Positions 11,684 to 22,124 of a stretch of 64,000 nt of DNA are shown here, in pieces. Each line of letters starts with the position of its first letter. Position 1 is the first letter of the stretch. A program made the position numbers and the translations under genes. Below the pieces are notes generated by a model. That model saw only the letters and a program-made list of their open reading frames with translations. It was not told where the DNA came from and ran no database searches. The DNA lies in contig CAVSAC010000012.1 of assembly GCA_963725865.1 (NCBI GenBank), positions 256,001 to 320,000 of the forward strand, given 5' to 3'. This DNA is from Candidatus Eiseniibacteriota bacterium (lineage in GTDB: Bacteria; Eisenbacteria; RBG-16-71-46).

Positions 11684-13948
11684 TCAGCCCGGCTCGCCCG
11701 CCGGCACCGGCGCGCACGGGCGGCCGGCGGCCGCGGCGCTGACGACGCAGTTGTAGTCGGGCGATCCCGACACCGGGTCGAAGGTGCGCGGGATGAGCGC
11801 GTTGGTCTCGGGCCAGTACGCCTGCAGGTGTCCGCGCTTCATGGGCGCGATGCGCGCAAACCCGCTCCAGGTGCCGACCGCGGAGCGCAGCACGATCGCG
11901 TCGCCGTCGGCCACGCCGAGCTGCGCCGCGTCGTCGCCGTCGATCAGCACGTCGCGGCGGCTCGCAGCGCCCATCAGGTAGTCCCGCTCGCCGTGGCTCA
12001 TGCTGTTGAACTGCTTCCCGCGCCGCGTGGTGAGGTAGAAGCAACCGGCCGGTACGACGACTCGCGGGACCGGCACCGCGCTGAAGCGCGCGCGACCGTC
12101 CGGCATGCGCGTGAAGCCGTCGCGGAACAGCTGCGGTCCGCCCCATTGCACGCTCTGGCCCTCGCGCTCGAGCGCCTCGATGCCGGCGTAGGCGGGCATC
12201 GCCCGCGCGATCTCGCGCCGCACCTCGGCGGGGCCCGGCCATGCGAACGCGCCGGCCAGCGCGGGCCGCGCCGCGCACGCCACGCGCGCCGGGATGCGCC
12301 ACTCGGGCTCGGCTTCGGCGATGCGCGGCCCCGCGATCTCGGGCGAGAAGCGGATGCGCCGCTCGGTGCTGGTGGTGGTGCCGCCGCCGGCGGTCTCGTA
12401 GCGCGTCTGCGCCGGCAGCAGCAGCACCGTGCGCCCCGGCAGCAGCGACGAGGTGTTGAGCACGATGTCCTGGTGGATGCGCAACCGCACCCGCGAGAGC
12501 GCCTCGAGCATGTAGCCGCGGTCGGGCATGGTCTCGAGCAGGTTGCCGCCGAGCGAGTAGAGCAGGTCGAGCTCGCCGCGGTGCGCCGCCTCGAGCATCT
12601 GCAGCGTGCGATGGCCGCGCCACGCGGGCAGCGCGTGGCCCCACAGCGACTCGAAGCGGGCGCGGTCCTCGTCGCGCGCGACCTCGAAGCCGCCCGGGTA
12701 CTTGTCCGGGTCGACGCCGCACTCGCCGCCGCCCTGCACGCCCGAGTGGCCGCGGATCGGCATCACGCCGCACTGCTCGCGCCCGAACATGCCGCGCGCC
12801 AGCGCCAGGTTGACGAGCGCGCGGACGTTGTCCACGCCGAAGCGGTGCTGAGTGAGCCCCATGCTGTACACGAACACGCAGGTGCGCGCGGCCGCGTACT
12901 GGCGCGCGAAGCGGAGCATGTCCTCGCGGCGCTGGCCGGCGGCGGCCTCGAGCTCTTCCCACGGGAGCCGCTCGAGCAGCGCGCGCAGTTCCTCGAAGCC
13001 GGTCGTGTGCGCGTCCACGAAAGAGCGATCGACCGCGCCCAGCTCGATCAGGTGCTTGAGCACGCCGTGCAGGAACGCGACGTCGCCGCCCACGCTGACC
13101 TGGAAGAAGTCGTCCATGAGTTTGGTGCCGAACAGCATGCTGCGCACGTCGCTCGGCACCCAGTAGCGCTCGAGCCCCGGCTCGCGCATGGGATTCACCA
13201 CCAGGATGCGGGTGCCCCGACGCTTGGCGTAGGTGAGGTACTTGGTGGTGACCGGCTGGTTGTTCGCCAGATGCGAGCCGAGGATCACGACCAGGTCGGC
13301 CCCGATCATGTCCTTCAGCGAGCAGGTCGGCGCCGCGACCCCGAGCGTCTCCTTCAGTCCCGACACGCTCGCCGCGTGGCACAGCCGCGAGCACAGGTCG
13401 ACGTGGTTCGAGCCCAGCAGCCGCGCGGCCTTCTGGAACGCGTAGTAGGTCTCGTTCGTGATGCCGCGCGAGGTGGCGAAGAAGCCCATCCGCTCGCCCG
13501 GCACGTCCCGCAGCTCCTCGGCCGCGATCGCCAGCGCCTCGTCCCACGACAGCCGGTGCAGGGCGCCGTCGCCACGATGAATCATCGGATACGGCAGTCG
13601 CCCCAGCCGGTGCAGCTGGTCGTTCGGCAGCGCGCGCAGCGCCGTGAGGTCGGCCAGCGCGGCATCCGGAACCGGACCCATGGTGTTCAGGCGGAGCAGC
13701 TTCAGCCGCGTCATGCAGAGATGGACGCCGTCGATGACGTCGTCGCGCAGGCCGCGCGGTCCGAGCGCGCAGCCGTCGCACACGCCGCGGTTGAGGATGC
13801 GCCAGGCGTACGGCAGGTTGTCGCGGTTCTCCCACGCCACCTGCGCCATCTCGACGAACGGGCGCGGGCGCGGGTGGCGCCCGGGGCCGAACGGCAGGAG
13901 ATCGCGGAGGCGGAAACGTCCGCGGCTGGAGGTCAGTGGACTCGCCAT
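11684..13948 (-). CDS. FdhF/YdeP-family molybdopterin oxidoreductase
   Basis: CDGCALG, DLCSRLCH, PIRGHSGVQG, LTTRRGKQFNS. Confidence 0.9.
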   Translation of the reverse strand: MASPLTSSRGRFRLRDLLPFGPGRHPRPRPFVEMAQVAWENRDNLPYAWRILNRGVCDGCALGPRGLRDDVIDGVHLCMTRLKLLRLNTMGPVPDAALADLTALRALPNDQLHRLGRLPYPMIHRGDGALHRLSWDEALAIAAEELRDVPGERMGFFATSRGITNETYYAFQKAARLLGSNHVDLCSRLCHAASVSGLKETLGVAAPTCSLKDMIGADLVVILGSHLANNQPVTTKYLTYAKRRGTRILVVNPMREPGLERYWVPSDVRSMLFGTKLMDDFFQVSVGGDVAFLHGVLKHLIELGAVDRSFVDAHTTGFEELRALLERLPWEELEAAAGQRREDMLRFARQYAAARTCVFVYSMGLTQHRFGVDNVRALVNLALARGMFGREQCGVMPIRGHSGVQGGGECGVDPDKYPGGFEVARDEDRARFESLWGHALPAWRGHRTLQMLEAAHRGELDLLYSLGGNLLETMPDRGYMLEALSRVRLRIHQDIVLNTSSLLPGRTVLLLPAQTRYETAGGGTTTSTERRIRFSPEIAGPRIAEAEPEWRIPARVACAARPALAGAFAWPGPAEVRREIARAMPAYAGIEALEREGQSVQWGGPQLFRDGFTRMPDGRARFSAVPVPRVVVPAGCFYLTTRRGKQFNSMSHGERDYLMGAASRRDVLIDGDDAAQLGVADGDAIVLRSAVGTWSGFARIAPMKRGHLQAYWPETNALIPRTFDPVSGSPDYNCVVSAAAAGRPCAPVPAGEPG

Positions 13949-14022
13949 GGGGTGCGGGCAGAGTAGCGGCCGGCGCCGCGCGAGGGAAGCGCCGTCCACG
14001 CGAGTGGCGGCGCGCGGGCCCG

Positions 14023-14922
14023 TCAGCGGCGCAGGCTGAGTCCGGTCTGCAGGTTGATCCGCTCGCGCTGATCCCCGTACAGCGCGTCCGCGACCGGTAG
14101 CTGCACGCCCAGCCGCAGCGCGAGGCGCTCGGTCAGCCGCAGCTCGGCGCGAGGCGTGAGGTACAGCAGCGCTCCTCCGGTATCGGGATCGCGCACTCCC
14201 GCGTCCACGTCGTGGCGCGCAGCGCGGAAGTCCAGCTCGGGGCCGGCCTCGAGCCAGGACGTGAACTCGTGCTGCCAGCCGAGATTCGCGACCGCGACGT
14301 CGCCATAGCGGTAGTCGTGGCGGTTGGCATCGTTCCAGCGCCCGTGCACTCCGCCGTACAGTGCGTCGTGCTCGCCCAGCGGATGCACCAGGGCGAGGCC
14401 GGCCAGCAGGCCCGCGGCGCCAGTGCCGGGCTGGAGGTGTTCCTCAGCGCGCGCGCCGTTGATCGCGAGGTCGTTGCGTCCCGACGGCAGTCGCACACCG
14501 ACCAGCAGCGCGAGCCACAGCGGCCGCTCGCCGCCGCGCAGCGTGCTCACCGTCGCCGTCAGCTCGGCGTCCGAGAATCCCGCGCGCGTGGCGCGCACGG
14601 GTCCGGCGCTGATGGTGCGATCCGAGTACGGCGCGCGCGCCGCGAGGGTCAGGTGCCGCAGCGGCGCCCACGAGCCGCTCAGCGTGTACCGCAGCTCGTG
14701 CTCCTGCTCGCGCAGGGTCGGATCCTCGGGCACCACCTGATCCTTGGCGAAGCGCTCGGTCTCGAGCGAGACGCCCCAGCTGCGCTGATTCAGCAGCGGA
14801 CTGCCCGCAAGCGTGTGCGCGGGATCGTCGCAGCGGCACATCGAGCAGGAGCGCGACGGCACGGGCAACGCGAGCGCGGCGGTGATCGCGAACGCGAGTG
14901 CGCCCGGGTGGATGGGATGCAT
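14023..14922 (-). CDS. Outer-membrane beta-barrel transporter-like protein with an N-terminal CxxCxC motif
   Basis: Signal peptide, then CSMCRC; motifs GVRLPSG, HLQPGTG, YRYGD, DTGGALLYLTP, GVQLPV are typical of MetA-pathway/phenol-degradation-like barrels. Confidence 0.65.
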   Translation of the reverse strand: MHPIHPGALAFAITAALALPVPSRSCSMCRCDDPAHTLAGSPLLNQRSWGVSLETERFAKDQVVPEDPTLREQEHELRYTLSGSWAPLRHLTLAARAPYSDRTISAGPVRATRAGFSDAELTATVSTLRGGERPLWLALLVGVRLPSGRNDLAINGARAEEHLQPGTGAAGLLAGLALVHPLGEHDALYGGVHGRWNDANRHDYRYGDVAVANLGWQHEFTSWLEAGPELDFRAARHDVDAGVRDPDTGGALLYLTPRAELRLTERLALRLGVQLPVADALYGDQRERINLQTGLSLRR

Positions 14923-15120
14923 GGGGCCTCCGAGTGGGGATCGAAGCGGCAGGGCGGATGCTAGCGCACCGGGGGCGTGCGCGAAAGCCCGGCCGCCCCG
15001 CGAGGCGCCGAAGTTCGATTGCACCGACCATCTGGGCCTCGCGCGCGAGGCAGGCTAGACTGCGCTCTCGGCTCGCCCGGCGCCGGTCCGCCGGCCCCCT
15101 CCGTCCGCTTGGAGAACGTC

Positions 15121-16077
15121 ATGCTCTATCGCCCGCTCGGCCGCACCGGCATGCGCGTCTCGGCCCTCTCACTCGGCTCCTGGACCACGTACGGCGGCTC
15201 GGTCGCCGACGACGAGGCGGTGCGCATCGTGCGGCACGCGTTCGAGCGTGGCGTGAACCTGTTCGACACCTCCGACGTGTACGAGCGCGGCGCCGCCGAG
15301 ACCGTGCTGGGCAAGGCGCTGCGCGGGATGCCGCGCGAGCAGCTGGTGATCGCGACCAAGGTGCGCGGCCGGGTGTGGGACGGGCCGCTCGGCGAGGGGC
15401 TCACGCGCAAGCACATCTTCGACGCGTGCGAGCACAGCCTGCGGCGGCTCGGCGTCGATTACGTCGACCTCTACCAGCTGCACTGGCCCGACGCGGAGGT
15501 GCCGCTGGAGGAGACGCTGCGCGCGCTCGAGGACCTGGTGCGCGCCGGCAAGGTGCGCTACCCGGGCTACTCGAACTACGACCATCACGCGACCGCCGAC
15601 CGGCGCGTGCTCGAGATCCAGCAGGCGCGCGGCTGGGACGCGATGGCATCGAGCCAGCCGCGCTACAACCTGCTCGACCGCCACATCGAGGCGAAGCACC
15701 TGCCGCTGTGCCGCGAGCAGGGCGTCGGGCTCATCACGTACTCGCCGCTGTCGCAGGGAGTGCTCACCAACAAGTACGCCGGTGGAGCGATCCCGCCCGG
15801 CAGCCGCGCGACCAACGCGTTCGCGTTCTTCCTGGATCAGGAGAAGGCGCGCACGCCGGAAAACCTCGCGGCGGTCGAGCGTCTCGCGGCGTGGTGCGCG
15901 CGGAGCGGCGCGGGCTCCCCGGCGCAGGTGGCGCTGGCGTGGGTGCTGCGCGAGCCGCAGGTGTCCAGCGCGATCATCGGAGCCACCACCGTGGCGCAGC
16001 TCGACGAGAACCTCGCGGCCCTGGAGTTGACGCTGACGGATGCGCAGTGGCGGGAGGTCGAGGGCTGCTTCGCCTGA
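15121..16077 (+). CDS. Aldo/keto reductase (Kv-beta/Tas-like)
   Basis: LGRTGMRVS, FDTSDVY, IATK, DYVDLYQLHWPD, YSPLSQGVLT, AIIGAT. Confidence 0.93.
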   Translation: MLYRPLGRTGMRVSALSLGSWTTYGGSVADDEAVRIVRHAFERGVNLFDTSDVYERGAAETVLGKALRGMPREQLVIATKVRGRVWDGPLGEGLTRKHIFDACEHSLRRLGVDYVDLYQLHWPDAEVPLEETLRALEDLVRAGKVRYPGYSNYDHHATADRRVLEIQQARGWDAMASSQPRYNLLDRHIEAKHLPLCREQGVGLITYSPLSQGVLTNKYAGGAIPPGSRATNAFAFFLDQEKARTPENLAAVERLAAWCARSGAGSPAQVALAWVLREPQVSSAIIGATTVAQLDENLAALELTLTDAQWREVEGCFA

Positions 16078-16099
16078 GCGCGGCGCTCGAACGAGCGGC

Positions 16100-17218
16100 T
16101 CACCGCACCGTCTTGTGGAACCTCGTGGTCGCGAGCCACAGCACCGCGACGCCCATGACCAGCAGGAACAGGAACTGCGGCCACAGCGCGTCGATCCCGG
16201 CGCCCTTGAGGAAGATCGCCCGCACGATCTCGAGGTAGTGGCGCAGCGGGTTCGCGAGCGTGATCCACTGGAACGCGACCGGCATGCTCGTGACCGGGAA
16301 CATGAACCCCGAGAGCATCATCACCGGCATGATGGCGAGGAACGTGGTGAGGAACGCCTCCTGCTGGGTGTTCGAGATCGTCGAGATCAGCAGCCCGAGT
16401 CCCAGCGCGGTGAGCAGGAACAGCAGCGCCGCCAGCAGCAGCAGCGGGGCCTGGCCCAGGAACGGGATGCGGAACCACAGCAGCGCGACCGCGGTGATGA
16501 TGGCCATCTGCACCAGGCCGACCAGGCCGAACGGGATGGTCTTGCCGATGATCAGCTCGCCGGGCGTGAGCGGGCTCACCATCAGCTGCTCGAGCGTGCC
16601 GAGCTCGCGCTCGCGGACCACCGCGAGCGCGGTCAGCATCAGGCTCATCATCAGCACGATGGTGCCGACGACGGCGGGGATGTTGTAGTTGCGCGAGACC
16701 AGCGCGGGGTTGTACCAGGCGCGCTCGCGCAGGTCGACGGGCGGCACCACGACGCGATCGAGCGTGGCGAGCCCGTGGGTGCGCACGATCTGTTCCGCGT
16801 ACCCGAGTGCCACCGTGGCCACGTTCGAGTTGGTGCCGTCCACCAGCACCTGGACGTGCGCGCCCGCCGGCCCGCGCAGCATGCGCGCGTAGCCGGGCGG
16901 GATCTGCAGCGCGAGCACCGCGCGCCCGTGGTCGAGCGCGTCCGCCGCGTCCGCCGCGCGGTCGGAGCGCCCCACGATGCGGAAGTAGTCGCCGGCGGTC
17001 AGCGCGTCGATCAGCGAGCGCGAGGCCTGGGTGTGGTCGTGGTCGACGACGAACATGTGGGTGCGACGCACGTCGGTCGAGACCGCATAGCCGAAGATCA
17101 CGAGCTGGATGATCGGCGAGACGAAGATCATCCGGCTCATCCGCGGGTCCCGGAACAGCTGGCGGAACTCCTTCTGAACGACGCCCGCGATGCGTTCGAG
17201 CTTGTCGCGCCGCATCAT
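16100..17218 (-). CDS. ABC-2 exporter permease (YbhR-like)
   Basis: KEFRQLFRD, WYNP, VRERELGTLEQL, LSGFMFP. Confidence 0.9.
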   Translation of the reverse strand: MMRRDKLERIAGVVQKEFRQLFRDPRMSRMIFVSPIIQLVIFGYAVSTDVRRTHMFVVDHDHTQASRSLIDALTAGDYFRIVGRSDRAADAADALDHGRAVLALQIPPGYARMLRGPAGAHVQVLVDGTNSNVATVALGYAEQIVRTHGLATLDRVVVPPVDLRERAWYNPALVSRNYNIPAVVGTIVLMMSLMLTALAVVRERELGTLEQLMVSPLTPGELIIGKTIPFGLVGLVQMAIITAVALLWFRIPFLGQAPLLLLAALLFLLTALGLGLLISTISNTQQEAFLTTFLAIMPVMMLSGFMFPVTSMPVAFQWITLANPLRHYLEIVRAIFLKGAGIDALWPQFLFLLVMGVAVLWLATTRFHKTVR

Positions 17219-18339
17219 CCGAGGTCCTTCCGGAACGCCCGCACGGCCAGGCCGAGCCCGACGCACGCGAACACCACCATGAGCAGCGCCTGGGTGCTCA
17301 GCACCTCGATGCCGACGCCCTTGAGGAAGATCCCGCGCGTCACCACCAGGAAGTAGCGCGCCGGGATCGTGTAGGAGATCAGCTGCAGCCAGCGCGGCAT
17401 GACGTCGAGCGAGAACATGAACCCCGACAGCAGGAAGGCCGGCAGGTAGGTGACGAGCATCGCCAGCTGAGTGGCCATCAGCTGGGTGCGCGCCACCGCC
17501 GAGATGAAGATCCCCAGCCCCAGCGCCCCGGTCAGGAACAGGAACGACAGCCCCGCGAGCAGCAGCACGCTGCCGCGGAACGGCACGCCGAAGATCACGA
17601 CCCCGAGCACCGAGGTGAGCGTGACGTCGAGCAGCCCGATGGCGAGGTAGGGGAGCAGCTTGCCGATCACGACCTCGAGCCGCGACACCGGCGTGGAGGC
17701 GAGCTGCTCCATGGTGCCGCGCTCCCACTCGCGCGCGATCGTGAGCGAGGTGAGCATCGCCGCGATGATCATCATGATCGTGGCGACCAGGCCCGGCACG
17801 ATCATGTTGCGGCTCACGAGCTCCTCGTTGTACCAGACGCGACTCTCGACCGTGATCGGCAGCTGCAGGCGCTGGCCCCGCAGCAGCACGCGCTGCGACC
17901 AGGTTTGCGCGGTGGCGCGGGCGTACGCCATGACGATCGTGGCGGTGTTGGCGTCGGCGCCGTCCACCAGCGCCTGTACCGGCGCGCCGTGGCCGTGCGT
18001 GAGGTCGCGCTCGAATCCCGGCGGCACGATGAGCACCAGCTTGACGCTGCCGCGGTCGAACAGCGCCGGCACCTGCGACGCGCTGACGAGCGACTGCGTG
18101 ACGCGGAAGTAGCCGGAGGAGGCGAACGCGTCGAGGAACTCGCGGCTCTTCGACGAGCGGTCCTGGTCGACGACCGCGGTGTGGATGTCGCGCACGTCCC
18201 AGGTGATCGCGTAGCCGAACATGATCAGCATGAAGACCGGCAGCGCGAACGCCAGGATCAGGCTGCGTGGGTCGCGGCGCAGCTGCACGAGCTCCTTGTG
18301 CGCGATCGCCTTCAGGCGGGTGCGGTTGAAGACGGCCAT
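17215..18339 (-). CDS. ABC-2 exporter permease (YbhS-like)
   Basis: KELVQLRRDPRS, DGADAN, IAREWERGTMEQL. Confidence 0.9.
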   Translation of the reverse strand: MAVFNRTRLKAIAHKELVQLRRDPRSLILAFALPVFMLIMFGYAITWDVRDIHTAVVDQDRSSKSREFLDAFASSGYFRVTQSLVSASQVPALFDRGSVKLVLIVPPGFERDLTHGHGAPVQALVDGADANTATIVMAYARATAQTWSQRVLLRGQRLQLPITVESRVWYNEELVSRNMIVPGLVATIMMIIAAMLTSLTIAREWERGTMEQLASTPVSRLEVVIGKLLPYLAIGLLDVTLTSVLGVVIFGVPFRGSVLLLAGLSFLFLTGALGLGIFISAVARTQLMATQLAMLVTYLPAFLLSGFMFSLDVMPRWLQLISYTIPARYFLVVTRGIFLKGVGIEVLSTQALLMVVFACVGLGLAVRAFRKDLG

Positions 18340-18341
18340 GG

Positions 18342-19301
18342 TCAGTCCTCCACCGCGCCACCGGCGCCCTGGACGCGCGCGATGAACACGTGCTCGAGCG
18401 TGGGCTCGATCCGCGCGATCGTGCCGTGGCGCACGCCCTGCGCGTCGAGCCGCGCGGTGAGCGCCGCCTCGACGTCGGGGGCGGCGTCGACGGTGGCGTG
18501 CACCGCCCGGCCGAACAGCCCCGCCGCGTGCACGAACGGAGCGCCCGTCAGTGCCTCGACCGCGTGCAACCCGTCGTCGGTGCGCACCTCGAGCACCGGG
18601 TCGGTCAGCCCGGCGCGCAGCGCCTCCGGGGTGTCGAGCGCGATCAGCCGGCCGCGGTTCATGAGCGCCAGGCGGTGGCAGTACTCGGCCTCCTCCATGT
18701 AGTGGGTGCTCACGAACACGGTGGTGCCGCCTTCGGTCAGTGTGTAGATGAGGTCCCAGAACGCGCGGCGCGAGATCGGATCGACCCCCGATGTGGGCTC
18801 GTCGAGGAACAGCAGCGGAGGCCGGTGCAGCACGGCGGTGCCGAGCGCGAGACGCTGCTTCCAGCCCAGCGGGAGGTCGCGCGTCATGCGCCCGCGCTGG
18901 TCGGTGAGCCCCGCCATCGCGAGCACCCAGTCCCGCCGCTCGGCGCGCTCGGTCCGCGGCACCCCGTTCAAGTTCGAGAAGAACTCGATGTTCTCCGCGA
19001 CCGTGAGGTCGCCGTAGAGCGAGAACGCCTGCGACATGTACCCGATGCGCCGCTTGATCGACTCGGTCTCGCGCATCACGTCGAAGCCCGCGACCGTGCC
19101 GGAGCCGGACGACGGCGCGAGCAGCCCGCACAGCATGCGGATGGTCGTGGTCTTGCCAGCGCCGTTGGGGCCCAGGAAGCCGAACACCTCGCCGCGCTCG
19201 ACCTCGAACGAGACGTGATCGACGGCGACGAACGTGCCGAACCGGCGCGTCAGGTCGCGCACCACGACCGCGTGCTCGGGCGCCTGCGGTGCGGTGCTCA
19301 C
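18342..19301 (-). CDS. ABC exporter ATP-binding protein (YbhF C-half-like)
   Basis: GPNGAGKTT, degenerate signature LPLGWKQR, LFLDEPTSGVDP, STHYMEEAE. Confidence 0.92.
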   Translation of the reverse strand: MSTAPQAPEHAVVVRDLTRRFGTFVAVDHVSFEVERGEVFGFLGPNGAGKTTTIRMLCGLLAPSSGSGTVAGFDVMRETESIKRRIGYMSQAFSLYGDLTVAENIEFFSNLNGVPRTERAERRDWVLAMAGLTDQRGRMTRDLPLGWKQRLALGTAVLHRPPLLFLDEPTSGVDPISRRAFWDLIYTLTEGGTTVFVSTHYMEEAEYCHRLALMNRGRLIALDTPEALRAGLTDPVLEVRTDDGLHAVEALTGAPFVHAAGLFGRAVHATVDAAPDVEAALTARLDAQGVRHGTIARIEPTLEHVFIARVQGAGGAVED

Positions 19302-19359
19302 GGGATCACCCGCGGCACGGTCGACCGGCCTGCATGCCGGTGGCGGCAGTTCGCGCCGC

Positions 19360-20380
19360 TCATGGCGCCGCCTGCGGGCCGGCGGTCGCGCCAGTCCGCT
19401 CGCCGGCGGTGAGCCGCGCGATGAACACGTCCTCGAGCGACGGCTCGATTGTCTCGACCTCGCCGAACTCGAACCCGGCGGCGCGCAGCGCCTGCGTCAC
19501 CTCGGGCCGGCGCCGCGCGGCGTCGTCCACTGCCAGGTGCAGACGATCGCCGAACACGGCGGCCAGCCGCACGCCCGGCAGCCCGAGCGCCCGCTCGCGC
19601 GCCTCGCGCGGCCGATCCACCCGCACGCCGAGCATGGAGCCCGCGAGCGACGCCTGCAGCGCCTGCGGCGTGTCGAGCGCGACCACGTGACCCTGGTGGA
19701 GCAGCGCCAGGCGGTCGAAGCGCTCGGCCTCGTCCATGTACGCGGTGCTCACGATCGCGGTCACTCCACGCGCGACCATCTCGTGCACGATCACCCACAG
19801 GTCGCGGCGCGACACCGGGTCGACGCCGAACGTGGGTTCGTCGAGCAGCAGCAGCCGCGGTTCGTGGATCAGCGCGCACGAGAGCCCGAGCTTCTGCTTC
19901 ATCCCGCCGGAGAGCTGCCCGGCGAGCCGGTCCTGGAACGGGCGCAGGTTCGAGAACTGGTACAGGCGCTCGACGCGGGCGGCGCGCTCGGCGACCGGGA
20001 CCTCGTAGAGGTCGGCGTAGAACTCCGAGGTTCTCGGCCACGGTGAGGTCGGCGTAGAGCCCGAAGCGCTGGGACATGTACGCCAGCGCGGGCTTCACGC
20101 GCTCGGGATCGCGCGCCACCGACACGCCGAATACGGTCGCATCGCCCGACGTCGGGCGCAGCACGCCGGCGAGCATCCGCAGCGTCGTCGTCTTGCCGGC
20201 GCCATCGGGCCCGACCAGGCCGAACAGCTCGCCCGGCCGCACGCTGAACGACAGTCCGTCCACCGCGGTGACCGCGCCGAAACGCCGCACCAGCTCGCGC
20301 GCCCCGACGGCGACCGCAAGGGGGACCGCGGGGTCGTCGACGACCTGCGGCCCGGCGGGCGGAACCGAACGATCGATCAC
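19360..20380 (-). CDS. ABC exporter ATP-binding protein (YbhF N-half-like), interrupted by a +1 frameshift near 20025 (likely sequencing error)
   Basis: GPDGAGKTT in one frame; LSGGMKQKL and LLLDEPT in another. An extra G in GAG AAC CTC G GAG TTC TAC breaks ENLEFY. Confidence 0.85.
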
Positions 20381-21369
20381 CGGGGGCCCTCGAGCACCAC
20401 GTCGGCCGGCATGCCGGGCTTCAGCTCGTAGCGGGGATCGTCCGTGATCCGCACCTTTACCGCGTACACGAGCTTCACGCGCTCCTCGCGCGTCTGCACG
20501 GTCTTGGGTGTGAACTCGGCTTCCGAGGCGACGTACACGACCGCGCCGCGGTACGAGCGGCCCTTGAACGTGTCGCTGGAGATCGTGGCCCGCTGTCCGA
20601 TGTGCACCGTGCCCAGCCGCGTCTCCGGCACGTAGATCTTCACCCAGCGGTCGTCGCGGTCCAGCAGCGTCACCGCCGCCGCGCCGGCCGTGACGATCTC
20701 GCCCGGCTCGTGGTGCTTGACGGTGACGACGCCGGCGAACGGCGCCTTCACGACCATGTTCGCGAGCGTGGCGTCGAACGTGCGGACCGCGGCCTCGGCG
20801 CCCGCGAGGACGGCGCGGGCGGCCGCGATGCGCTCCTGCCGCGGTCCCGCCTCCACCAGGCGCAGCGCCTCGCGCGCCTGCTGGTCGGTCGAGCGCGCCA
20901 CGCTCAGGATCGTGAGCGCCTTGTCGTACTGCTGCTGGCTCACCAGCTTGTCGGCCAGCAGGGCCTTGCTGCGGTCGAAGTCGCGCTGCGCGTCGGCCAG
21001 CTGGTCGGCCGCCGCCTGCGCCGCCGCGCGCGCCTGGGCGCGCTCCTCCGGCCGCGCGCCGCGCTCGAGCTCCTGCAGCGACGCCCGCGCAGCCGCCGCC
21101 TGCGCGGCCGCCTGCTCGCGGCGCGCCAGGGTCTCGGCGCGGTCGAGTCGCGCCAGCTCGGCGCCGGCCCGCACCGTGTCGCCCTCCTGGACCAGCACCG
21201 TCTCGATGCGGCCGGCCACCGTGAAGCCCAGTTCGGCCTCGGTGGCCTCGACGGTCCCGCTCGCCTCCAGTACGCCCGCGTGGCCGTTGCGGCGCACGAA
21301 CAGCACCACGACGACGATCGCGATCAGCAGGATGGAGATCAGGACCAGGGGACGCAGACGGGCACTCAT
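20377..21369 (-). CDS. HlyD-family membrane fusion protein (YbhG-like)
   Basis: N-terminal TM segment, ASGTVEA, coiled coil, AEFTPKTVQTREER, LKPGMPADV. Confidence 0.92.
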   Translation of the reverse strand: MSARLRPLVLISILLIAIVVVVLFVRRNGHAGVLEASGTVEATEAELGFTVAGRIETVLVQEGDTVRAGAELARLDRAETLARREQAAAQAAAARASLQELERGARPEERAQARAAAQAAADQLADAQRDFDRSKALLADKLVSQQQYDKALTILSVARSTDQQAREALRLVEAGPRQERIAAARAVLAGAEAAVRTFDATLANMVVKAPFAGVVTVKHHEPGEIVTAGAAAVTLLDRDDRWVKIYVPETRLGTVHIGQRATISSDTFKGRSYRGAVVYVASEAEFTPKTVQTREERVKLVYAVKVRITDDPRYELKPGMPADVVLEGPR

Positions 21370-22022
21370 GCGGTTCTCTCCTGTCGGCGCACGGGGCGCG
21401 GACGACGTGAGCGCGCACGCGGCGCGCGGGACGGTCGGATGCCGGCGTGGAACACGGCCCAGGCGCGGCGGGCCTGAGCGGTGATGTCGAAGCGACCGCG
21501 GGTGACGTTCCAGAGGATGGCGGGCGGGACATACAGCCCGATGAAGTGGACCGCGAGCGCGCCCGGGTCGAGGTCGGGGCGGATCCGGCCGTCGCGCTGG
21601 GCCTCGCGGATCAGTCCCGCGAGCGCGCGCCGAAAGCGCACGATCACGAGCATCATCTGCCGGCGGTGGCCGACGTCACGCTGGACCGGCTCCGAGAACA
21701 TCACGAACGGAATGCCGCGGTTTTCGACCACCAGCCGCACCTGGAGCATCAGCAGCCGCTCCAGCGCCCCGAGCGCGTCGTCGGACTCGGCGCGCGCGCG
21801 CGCGACGTTCGCGACCATCCGCGTTCCGAGCCGGTCGATGGTCGCCGCCAGCATCGCGTGCTTGCTCGGGTAGTGGCGGTACAGGGCCGAGGGCGCGACC
21901 CCGACCCGCTCCGCGACCGCCGCCACGCTCAGGGAGGCCGCGCCCTGCTCGGCGGCCAGCGCCAGCACCGCCTGGGCGATCTGATCGCGACGCGTTTCGG
22001 TGTGCAGACGGGGTGCTCGCAC
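21366..22022 (-). CDS. TetR/AcrR-family transcriptional regulator
   Basis: HTH VAAVAERVGVAPSALYRHYPSK; heads the efflux operon; RBS GGAGGA. Confidence 0.9.
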   Translation of the reverse strand: MRAPRLHTETRRDQIAQAVLALAAEQGAASLSVAAVAERVGVAPSALYRHYPSKHAMLAATIDRLGTRMVANVARARAESDDALGALERLLMLQVRLVVENRGIPFVMFSEPVQRDVGHRRQMMLVIVRFRRALAGLIREAQRDGRIRPDLDPGALAVHFIGLYVPPAILWNVTRGRFDITAQARRAWAVFHAGIRPSRAPRARSRRPRPVRRQERTA

Positions 22023-22036
22023 GACGTCCTCCTCGA

Positions 22037-22124
22037 AGTGAATGCTCGTTCACTATCGAGGAGGCGCGCGGGGCTGTCAAGCCCTCGGTCGGAATTCGGC
22101 GGCGGGAAGTGAACGTCCGTTCAC
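22037..22124 (-). promoter_or_regulatory. Sigma-70-type promoter with two palindromic operators upstream of the TetR gene
   Basis: Minus strand TTGACA (22075-22080)-N17-GATAGT (22052-22057). Palindromes AGTGAATGCTCGTTCACT (22037-22054) and GTGAACGTCCGTTCAC (22109-22124). Confidence 0.75.

Noticed and set aside
13370..13410. Selenocysteine in the FdhF/YdeP active site
   Set aside because: The motif reads DLCSRLCH with ordinary Cys codons; there is no in-frame UGA.
20015..20035. Programmed frameshift or phase variation in the ABC ATPase (also ~52403 and ~29470)
   Set aside because: No slippery heptamer or long homopolymer; single extra bases scattered over unrelated genes fit sequencing error better.
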